From: an uncultured Planctomycetota bacterium
GTDB lineage: Bacteria > Planctomycetota > Planctomycetia > Isosphaerales > Isosphaeraceae
Assembly: GCA_963845755.1 (NCBI GenBank)
Contig: CAWJTV010000041.1
Coordinates: 512,001-576,000, forward strand
Direction of reading: 5' to 3'
DNA: 64,000 nt
Shown: positions 53,031 through 61,191 of the stretch, one piece after another
Layout of the letters: every line of letters starts with the position of its first letter
How positions within the stretch are numbered: the stretch's first letter is position 1
The notes under the pieces: generated by a model
The model's database searches: none
Told to the model about the DNA's origin: nothing
What the model saw: only the letters and a program-made list of their open reading frames with translations
Translations under genes and position numbers: made by a program

Positions 53031-53570
53031 TCAGCGGCCGAAGAACCAGAATCGCCGCGGCGTGCGCAGCCAGACGCGGCGATGTTCGCAGTCTACGGTA
53101 AGATGGAGCTTCGACCATTGCAGGCCCCGCAGACCCAGCAGCGGGAGGCGTGGAACCGCATGCATCCCTCGGGGATAGATCACAATCCCCTCTTCCAGTT
53201 GCAGCCGGAACGGTGGCCGATTCGCGAGCCGGTCCCGCTCGCCGAGCCGGTTGGGATGCAGCCACACCTCGGCTTCGTGGAGAGGGACGTTGTTGTTTCC
53301 GATGGTGACGTCGCGCAGCTTCCTCAGGTAGCGGCGGTCGAGCCCCGCCCACCGGTTCAGGTGCTCCTCTTGGATCGCGAAGTTGTGTGAGAGCCCGGTG
53401 TCCAGGACGACGGGAAAACGCGGAATGGCGAGATCGAGCTCGCGCTGGTGGAGGCTGGATATGCTCATCCAGATGATGATCTGGGTTGGCTTGACTTTTT
53501 CCTCCCTTCCTCGAACAAGGACCGTCGTTTGCCGGTTGAAGTAGGGAAGTCCGTGTAGGATGGTTGACAC
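53031..53570 (-). CDS. Retropepsin-like aspartic protease domain protein
   Basis: VVLDTG catalytic-type motif and C-terminal LLGLRGL. Confidence 0.65.
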   Translation of the reverse strand: MSTILHGLPYFNRQTTVLVRGREEKVKPTQIIIWMSISSLHQRELDLAIPRFPVVLDTGLSHNFAIQEEHLNRWAGLDRRYLRKLRDVTIGNNNVPLHEAEVWLHPNRLGERDRLANRPPFRLQLEEGIVIYPRGMHAVPRLPLLGLRGLQWSKLHLTVDCEHRRVWLRTPRRFWFFGR

Positions 53571-53600
53571 ATCAGGCGTCCTGTCCTGGGAAATCGGCCC

Positions 53601-54563
53601 TCAGAAGTCGTACAGTTCTTCTTCGTCGATCACATCCTCAATAGGCGGCCCGATACCGAGGACCACTAATTCATCAAGACTCAGCCCGCGGTCGAGATAC
53701 TTGTGATAGAGCCCATGCTTTGTCTTGCCAATCTCCAGCCGTTCATCCCCGCGATACGCAGCCCACTGATACGGATACCGCTCCATCAGCGACTCCCACT
53801 CGCGATGATGCTTCTCGACCGCCTTACGAATCATCGGCGGAACTTCGATCGGATCCGGCGGTGGTGGTTCCTGGGGCGGCGGACTCGGCTGTTCGTCGAT
53901 CTCATCCTCCTCCGGCGGCCCGATGCCCAGGACCACCAATTCGTCTCGGCTCACTCCGCGGTCCAGGTACTTGCGATAAAGACCATATTTCGTCTTGCCG
54001 ATCTCCAGTCGCTCATCCCCGCGATAGGCGGCCCACTGGTACGGATACCGCTTCATCAGCTCTTCCCATTCGCGATGATGCTTCTCGACCGCCTTGCGGA
54101 TCATTGGCTTCACTTCGATATCAAGCAGCGATGACGGCCCCTCCTCCTGGAATTCGCAGAGAGGGTGATCGAGCGCGTCATGGTCCTCGGTGAGCGGTTC
54201 AATCTTTCCGGAGTAGTAGTCTTCGTTTTGCAGCCCGAGCTTCTCGACTTTTCGGAACAGCCTTTCCGGACTCCTCCAGATCCCGACCTGACGGTCACCG
54301 TGATAGAGCGCAAACCGGCCGTGCAGCCGCTTCCGAGCCAGTAGCCCGGGAAGGTCTCGCAAGAAGGCTTCTCGGGATCGTCGATTGCCTTCGGGAATGG
54401 AACCGGACTCAAAATGATCCGTAGCCGGCGCCGGCTTGATCCGTGCGTAGACCTCGGCCTTGAGCAAGACGTAGCTCGCGTGGGTTTCGGGGTCTTCGAG
54501 CCGGACCGGTTCGTCGCCGGCCTTCTCGATCTCCTGGCGTTGCTCGGCGGTGAGCGTGGTCAT
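53601..54563 (-). CDS. Hypothetical protein with three DUF5678-like domains
   Basis: N-terminal EPVRLEDPETHASYVLL; GRFALYHGDRQVGI; two near-identical YPYQWAAYRGDERLEIGKTK units. Confidence 0.7.
   Translation of the reverse strand: MTTLTAEQRQEIEKAGDEPVRLEDPETHASYVLLKAEVYARIKPAPATDHFESGSIPEGNRRSREAFLRDLPGLLARKRLHGRFALYHGDRQVGIWRSPERLFRKVEKLGLQNEDYYSGKIEPLTEDHDALDHPLCEFQEEGPSSLLDIEVKPMIRKAVEKHHREWEELMKRYPYQWAAYRGDERLEIGKTKYGLYRKYLDRGVSRDELVVLGIGPPEEDEIDEQPSPPPQEPPPPDPIEVPPMIRKAVEKHHREWESLMERYPYQWAAYRGDERLEIGKTKHGLYHKYLDRGLSLDELVVLGIGPPIEDVIDEEELYDF
53622..54119. repeat. Intragenic tandem duplication (~228-bp units, 270-bp period)
   Basis: 53622-53849 aligns with 53892-54119. Confidence 0.9.
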
Positions 54564-54682
54564 GACAGCCTCCCTCATGGCCAGTTTGGCAGCCTTCAGA
54601 GGATCAATACCAGGTTATCACGAGGGACGATCTCGTCAAAGCGGGCCGAGCTACGGGAGGTGTCGCGATGCATCGCCCCGCT

Positions 54683-55726
54683 TCAACGAGGCCGCCGCCT
54701 CTGGCCTCCGTTCGCGGGTTCGATGACCTCGAAGTCCTTCCCCTTGACCCGCCGGAGGTCATCGAGGCCCTGGATCCGGCGGTCGGGGGCGACGGAGAGC
54801 CGCCAGTCGCCTCCGTTGTCCGCGACGAACATCCCGTATAACTTGAGGCCCTTGAGGATCGCCTGAGCATGGGGAGAGAAGCCCGAGATGTCGAAGTCCT
54901 GGCGGAGTCGGAAGCGTTCGCCCATCCTCGGGAGGTTCACGTCGGTCTTGCGGCTGGCATGATGGGTTGCCGGGTAGACGTAGGCCCGCCGCGAGTTTCG
55001 GATCGTGAACCGCATGGCATGCTCGACCATGCCGCGCTCCAGCTCCTCGTAACGAATCACGGCCGGGAAGATGGGCAGACCGGCGGCGTCGGTTGACGTC
55101 CAGCCGTCGGGGCGGAGCTTGTTCGCGTTCAGGTCGAAGATCGAGGCCTGGGTCGCGACCCAGCCGGAGTTCGTCTTGCGCCCCTGGTAGAACTCGAAGA
55201 GTATCCCCTTGACCGGATCGACGACCAGCATGTGCCGGTCGCCCTCGCCTTGACGCTGGTGGACATCCAGTGGCTTTCCGTTGAGCGGCCAACCTTCGAT
55301 CGGCGCGTCGTCAGGGACCGGATAGGGCCCTGGGTCCGACTCATCGGGATAACCGTTGATCTTGACCGGCACCCGCTTCTGATCCGGCGGCACGAGGATG
55401 AACGCCATGTCCAGGTTGTAGGCGAGCGGCTTCTCCAGGCCGACGGAGGCGACCAGGTTCTTCGAGTTGGGATGAAGTGACCGCTTCGAGATATCCTCGT
55501 TCCATGGGTTGTCGGGAGGGAAGACTTGAAGGGCCGAGAGGATCTGATCCGCCGCCGGTGTGTTGAACATCACCGGCTGAGTGATCTGCGGCATCTGAGG
55601 ACGCTCGCGGCCGCTGGATTGGGTGCGCACCGCACCCGCCCCGATCAACTCCCGATCTCCGCAAATGAGGACGAGAGCCAGCATCGCGCAGAGGACGAAT
55701 GCGGTCTCCCTGGACAAGGGCCTCAT
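54683..55726 (-). CDS. Conserved secreted hypothetical protein
   Basis: Signal-like N-terminus; FPPDNPWN, GDRHMLVVD, WTSTDAAGLPIFP, YGMFVADNG. Confidence 0.8.
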   Translation of the reverse strand: MRPLSRETAFVLCAMLALVLICGDRELIGAGAVRTQSSGRERPQMPQITQPVMFNTPAADQILSALQVFPPDNPWNEDISKRSLHPNSKNLVASVGLEKPLAYNLDMAFILVPPDQKRVPVKINGYPDESDPGPYPVPDDAPIEGWPLNGKPLDVHQRQGEGDRHMLVVDPVKGILFEFYQGRKTNSGWVATQASIFDLNANKLRPDGWTSTDAAGLPIFPAVIRYEELERGMVEHAMRFTIRNSRRAYVYPATHHASRKTDVNLPRMGERFRLRQDFDISGFSPHAQAILKGLKLYGMFVADNGGDWRLSVAPDRRIQGLDDLRRVKGKDFEVIEPANGGQRRRPR

Positions 55727-55848
55727 GTTCCTCTCCTTTCCAGACCTCTCCGCGCCGTCAAGGTCGAGTCCCAGAGTGGCGAGCGGAGAAGTTGGGATTT
55801 GTTCTTTTCGTTCAACGGAAGAAATGCCGACTTCAAACCAGGGTTCGA

Positions 55849-56189
55849 TCAGGGCCGTAAGTGGTCAGCGAGTCTGGTGAGAAGGCGATTGAGTCGACTT
55901 CGGTCGATCTCTCCGATGACACCCGCGATCTCAGTGGGGTCGGTGGCATAGAGATAGCTCAGCCGGATGATCGAGGCCCTGTGCAGTCCACTCTGAGGAA
56001 AGTCATTGTCGCCTGGTTGGATCAGTTCGTCCCAGCCTGGCTGCTGATGTTGGAGTTGGGTGCTGATTCCACAAACAAGATGCGTTTGATAAGGGACCTG
56101 GCAGCGTGGACAACAGCAGCGCCGGTCTGAGCTTGGGTGCGCCCTGCGAACTGCGAGAGCGGAATCAGAACGACATCGCCGGCTTTCAT
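55849..56189 (-). CDS. PemK/MazF family toxin (two frameshifts near 56140 and 56095)
   Basis: Reconstructed MKAGDVVLIPL..PKLRPALLL..YQTHLVCGISTQL..SGLHRASIIRL..IGEI. Confidence 0.75.
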
Positions 56190-56392
56190 GGCTCGCGGCT
56201 CGGCTTGAGATCGGATTCGGTGTAATCCGGCTCATCGGGGCCGTAGGCTCGCGCAAGTTGGCCCTCTCCGAAGCGTCTCCATTCCTCGCGCTCATCCTCC
56301 GCGGCGAGGAAACGAGCAAAGTCAAGCAACTGGTGCAGTCGTTCCTCGGAGAGATCCTCCAACAGAGACTCGAGACCGGCACGTGCATTCAT
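56186..56392 (-). CDS. Putative antitoxin (DUF2281-like)
   Basis: 68 aa acidic protein LSEERLHQLLDFARFL..AYGPDEPDY; ATGA overlap with toxin. Confidence 0.75.
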   Translation of the reverse strand: MNARAGLESLLEDLSEERLHQLLDFARFLAAEDEREEWRRFGEGQLARAYGPDEPDYTESDLKPSREP

Positions 56393-56497
56393 GGGATTGT
56401 CTCCGGCGAGTTATGGTGAGTCCATGAGAATCCAAAGGTTCGATCGAGCCGCGGAAAGGCGTCTGACCCTCTTGGTCGCCGATCGCCTTCGACGCGT

Positions 56498-56950
56498 TCA
56501 ATAGGCTTCACTCTCTATCGTTGCTTTCGAGCCGTCGATCTCGGCATCCCAGAGGGGCGAGCTGGCCGCGGCGGCTCGACTCTTCCAACGCTCAGCGGCG
56601 TGAAAAACAGCCCGATGATGCAGAAAGACCGTGCCCAAAGTGAGGCGACTTGAAGACAGCGGAGCAACCCAAGATTGCCAGGAGCCTCGACAAGTGGGCA
56701 CAGGGAAACCATCGCGATCACAAAAAACCATTCGTCGCTTCCGCGGAGCGAATAAAAGGCCACCCCAGCAATGACGCCGATGAGAGACGAGACCAAGGCA
56801 AGTTGAGCAGCCTGGATGAGCGTCTCGCCGACGAAAAGCGCAAGAAAGATCGTCGCGACGATCCAACACATGGGCGCGTACAGTGGCAATCGCCCTGGCG
56901 AGATCGGCCCGCGTGAGGAGTTTGACCGCTGGTTGATTCTTGGTATCCAT
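56498..56950 (-). CDS. Hypothetical membrane protein (probably two compensating frameshifts)
   Basis: Hydrophobic core lies in ORF 56515..57120; termini lie in ORF 56498..56950, ending PLWDAEIDG. Confidence 0.5.
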   Translation of the reverse strand: MDTKNQPAVKLLTRADLARAIATVRAHVLDRRDDLSCAFRRRDAHPGCSTCLGLVSHRRHCWGGLLFAPRKRRMVFCDRDGFPVPTCRGSWQSWVAPLSSSRLTLGTVFLHHRAVFHAAERWKSRAAAASSPLWDAEIDGSKATIESEAY

Positions 56951-57145
56951 CGTCGGTACTCACATGCGCCCTGGCCGACCGTCAGGCCAACCACATTTGA
57001 TCTTACCCGGTCCCTCGCCGAGGTTCCACCAGCCGCGAAAGATCCCCGGCAGAACCGCAGATTTGCCTCGATCGCTCGTGTTATGATGACGCGCGAGGTT
57101 GAAGCGATCGACCCGGTCAATGCCTTCCTCGAGGAGCAACCCGCT

Positions 57146-59150
57146 ATGCCCCCCGTTTCTCGACGTCACTTCCTCGATCTGGCCCTGGCGGCGCCGGCCG
57201 GCCTGGCGTTGGCATCGGCCGCACCAGTTTCCACCGGCGCGAACGCAGCGGACGTCCACCAGCAGCTCCTCGACCTGGCCGTGCGCCAGGAAGAACGGCG
57301 CCGCGCCCGGTTTGCGGCCGTCGCGTCGAAGGACGACCTGCATGCGCTTCAGGCCTCGCTCCGCGAGACGTTCCTCCGCCTGCTCGATGGCTTCCCCGAG
57401 AAGACCGGCACTCCACCACCGGTGCAGAAGACCGGGACCATCGAGGCCGATGACTACGTCATCGAAAAGCTGGCCTATGAGAGCTTCCCCGGCTATTTCG
57501 TGTCGGCATTGCTCTACAAACCCAGGACGGTCGCGTCGCCGAGGCCGGGCGTCCTCAGCCCCTGCGGCCATTCGACCAACGGCAAGGCCGCGGGGCCTTA
57601 CCAGACCTTGCACATCAACCTGGCGAGGCGGGGCTATGTCGTCCTGACGTACGACCCAGTCGGTCAAGGGGAGCGGAGCCAGTTCTGGGATGCCGCAAGA
57701 GGCCGCTCGCGGTTCAACCTGACCTGCGGCGAGCACGCCGTGCTCGGCAATCCGCTCTATCTCCTCGGCACCAGCCTGGCGCGCTACCGGATCTGGGACG
57801 GGATGCGCGGCATCGATTACCTCACGTCCTTGCCCGAGGTCGATCCAACCCGCATCGGTTGCGTGGGCAACTCGGGCGGCGGCACCCTGACCGCCTACAT
57901 TGCCGCCCTCGACTCGCGCGTGACGGTTGCCGCGATTGGCTGCTACATCACGACACTCCGGCGCCGGATGGGCAACCGGACTCAAGCGGACCCGTCCGCC
58001 GACCCCGAGCAGGACATCTTCGGCTTTGTCCGTGAGGGGATCGACCACGCGGGGCTCCTCGCCCTCCGTGTGCCCCGACCCACCCTGGTGGCCTCGGCGC
58101 AATTGGATTTCTTCCCCATCGAGGGGGCTCGCGAATCGTTCGCCGAGGCGAAGCGGCTTTATGAAGTCGCCGGTGCCGGCGATCGCGTCGCGATGGCCGA
58201 GTCCGCCGCGCGACACGGGCTCACCCTCCCACTCCGAACCGCGGTGTACGATTGGTTCGACCGCTGGCTCAACGGCCGGGAGGGCGAGCCTAAGGCATCC
58301 GAGGTCGCCGTCAAACCTCGGCCCGACAAGGAGTTGCTCGTCTGCCCCGACGGTCAGGTCAACGTCTCGCTCCGATCGCGACCGATGCTCCCTCTGGTCT
58401 GGGAGGAATTCGAACGAAAATCGAAGCGCGCCCCGAACCGCCCTCCGAGACCTGCTCGGCCTCGACCGCGATCAGGCAAGCCCCCTGGTCACGGAGATCG
58501 CGCGTGCTCCGAAGGTGGATCAAACCGTCGTCGTCTTGATCAACGGCAACGAGTCGCGCGGCTGGAACGAGGAGACCGAGTTGCTCAAAGCGCTCGAAGG
58601 CCGCGGCCATGTGGTCGTCGTGGTCGACCCGCGCGGAGTGGGCCAAAACCGTCCCAAGGTCTTCGCGCAGGCGCCCCACTACGCCGACCCGCTCAGTGGC
58701 GCGGAGGAGAACATCGCCTACAACGCGTTCCTCGTCGGCAAGTCTCTGCTGGGCATGCGCGTGGCGGACGTGCTGAAGGCGCTGGAAACGCTGATGGCCG
58801 GAAGGAAGCCGGGCCGGGTGGTCGTCTGCGGCCGTCACGACGCCGCGATCGTGGCCTGCCTGGCCTCGGCCGTCGATCCCCGGATCGATCAGGTCGCGTG
58901 CGAGGACATGCTGCTAAGCTTCCGCCCGCTCTTCGCGGCCGACGGTTTCCCGATCAACGCCGCCAGCATCCTGCCGGGCCTATTGCAGAAGTTCGGCGAC
59001 GTTGCGGACATCCTGGCGCAGATCGCGCCGAGGAAAGTCCTGGTCGCAGCAGGAATCGGTCAGGCGTCGCGGCTCTCGACGAACGTCCAGATCAACCCGG
59101 CTCGATTGAGCCAGGAGCCGCGACATCTGATCGATTGGATGGGAAGCTGA
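57146..59150 (+). CDS. Alpha/beta hydrolase (acetylxylan esterase-like), Tat signal (frameshift near 58435)
   Basis: SRRHFL; PCGH; YDPVGQGER; GNSGGG nucleophile; second hydrolase-like domain in ORF 57927..59150. Confidence 0.85.
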
Positions 59151-59322
59151 GGTTCGCGTCGCGAGCGGGTTACTTCGACACTTCTCGCCGAACACCACTC
59201 GGTTCATGAACCGACGAGCGGGATTCCGCGGCAACCCTTACGCCAAGGACCGCTGACGAAACAACTTCCCGAAAACCCGCTGGTAAGTACGAGTCTGTCC
59301 TGGAAGCCTCAATGGCCGTCTC

Positions 59323-59388
59323 GTAGGGTGCTCTGTGAGCACCGAATTCGGCAAAGTACACCGGATCGGTGCTCACAGAGCACCCTAC
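59323..59388. repeat. GTAG-type REP doublet
   Basis: gtagggtgctctgtgagcaccga ... tcggtgctcacagagcaccctac perfect 23-bp inverted arms. Confidence 0.9.
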
Positions 59389-59463
59389 AAAGACCTTCCG
59401 AGATAGTCACTAAGTACCTCCGGAATCCGGGAAGTTATTTCGTCGGCATTCCAAGGCGTTAAG

Positions 59464-59636
59464 AGCAAAGCCCAGGGTCGCCGCAGGCGCACCCTGGGTC
59501 GGGAACTTCCTCCCCAGGCGAACCGGAGCGTCGGGCTGGGGAAACCCCGTTGGGGTGCGCCGGAGGAGAGGGAAACCGGAACTCGGTGGCGACTCGACGT
59601 TCCCAGGGTGCGCCTGCGGCGACCCTGGGCTTTGCT
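59464..59636. repeat. Long palindromic REP/MITE-like element
   Basis: Perfect 35-bp inverted arms agcaaagcccagggtcgccgcaggcgcaccctggg (59464-59498 / 59602-59636). Confidence 0.88.
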
Positions 59637-59698
59637 GTGCAACGCCGTTGGCGTAGAGAACTCTGTCGAACCGAGGTGGTGATGAGCGAGGAGTGTCG

Positions 59699-61003
59699 TT
59701 ACTTCGCGCACTTCCAGACCTGACTCCATGGGTTGTCGATCCCGATTTGAGTATAGGTATCACCCTCCACCTTGATCTTGAATTTGTGGCTCTTCTTGAT
59801 GTGGTCGGCCATATTCGCGGTTGCATAATCGACGGTCTCCGTGTACTGGTCGCCATCGAGTTTATAGGTGCCCCCATGATGTTCGACGACGTCGCCCGTT
59901 TTCGGGTCGGTCTGAGTGACCGCCCAATGTCTGCCGGTGAAGAACTTGAGGACGTTGACGGTCGGCGGTAATTGGCCGATCTTCTCCGGCGTTCCGACAA
60001 GAACCCAGGTACCGATGCACTCTCTGGCGAGCGGCGTGGGTTTCACCTGGCCGTCAGTAACGGGCGCGGTGCCCGCCTTGCCGGAGACCGCCGCGATTCC
60101 ACCGCTCGGCTCCTCGCCGGATTGCTGCCGCGACGCGAAGAGCCCGCCGGTCAACGCGACCAGAAAGATGGCCGAGATTACTATCGTGATCTGACTGTAT
60201 CTGGCACCGATCATCGTGAAAAGGACTCCTTCTGCATGGCGGACGACCGCTTCCGGGATGGCCTCGGCCGCCGCGGTTCCCCCGGCGGCGAACTGAGCCG
60301 CGGGTCGAATCGTGGACTCGATCAGGGTCGGCGGCACGACCGCCCGCGCCGACCTCAAATGTCCGTCAAGAACCAGCAGCACGGATGCCGGAGCCAGCCC
60401 GCGGCGGATCAATCGACCCCGCAGGCACTCCCGGCCCCTGGCCAGCCGGCTCTTGACGGTACCGACGGGACATCGCAACGAGCGGGCCGCCTCCTCATAG
60501 GTCCGGCCCTCCAGATCGCAGAGCACCACCGGGATTCGGTAGCGTTCTTGCAGACGGTTGACCTCCTCGTGCACGACCGAGGCCATGTCATCCCATCCGC
60601 TCTCGCTCCTCGCCTCCGACCCACGCTCGGCCGCCTCGCGCTCGGCCCGTCTACGGCGCTCGGAATCGCGACGGGCGTGGACCGCAACGCGGTAGGCGAC
60701 GCGATGGAGCCAGGGTCCCAACGAGTCCCGCACCCAGATCGAGTTGGCCTTGCGCAGCAGCACGAGGAACGTGGCCTGGAACGCATCGTGCGCCTCATGA
60801 TCGTCGCGGAGGATGGTCCGGCACGTGCTCAAGACGATCCCGCCATGTCGCTCGACCAGGAGGGCGAAGGCCGTTTCGGCAGAGTCCCCTTTGCGCTCCG
60901 CGAACCGCTCCAGCAACTCGCCGTCGGTCAGACCGGCGAACGTGCCAGCGTGGAAGAGCGTGCGGAGCGAGTCGTGAACCGTGCCGGTACGATGCCCTCT
61001 CAT
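59699..61003 (-). CDS. ECF sigma-70 factor with TM helix and small C-terminal (lipocalin-like) domain
   Basis: TDGELLERF, EAHDAFQATFLVL, GTVKSRLARGR; C-terminal IGTWVL..GGTYKLDG..QVWK. Confidence 0.88.
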   Translation of the reverse strand: MRGHRTGTVHDSLRTLFHAGTFAGLTDGELLERFAERKGDSAETAFALLVERHGGIVLSTCRTILRDDHEAHDAFQATFLVLLRKANSIWVRDSLGPWLHRVAYRVAVHARRDSERRRRAEREAAERGSEARSESGWDDMASVVHEEVNRLQERYRIPVVLCDLEGRTYEEAARSLRCPVGTVKSRLARGRECLRGRLIRRGLAPASVLLVLDGHLRSARAVVPPTLIESTIRPAAQFAAGGTAAAEAIPEAVVRHAEGVLFTMIGARYSQITIVISAIFLVALTGGLFASRQQSGEEPSGGIAAVSGKAGTAPVTDGQVKPTPLARECIGTWVLVGTPEKIGQLPPTVNVLKFFTGRHWAVTQTDPKTGDVVEHHGGTYKLDGDQYTETVDYATANMADHIKKSHKFKIKVEGDTYTQIGIDNPWSQVWKCAK

Positions 61004-61191
61004 GATTCGAGTCCAGTCGGCCATGATCGAAACGTCTATTCTATCAAAGCCACCGTGGGAGCCGTGTGTTCCATTTTTTCCAGAACTCGCGCATTTTGAA
61101 GTACGGGGATCGACGGAGACGGTCGAAAGCAAACTCTCCGGAGAAGTGGGAGCTACTTGTTCCGCGATCAATGGATGTCGGAGGCCGACCG

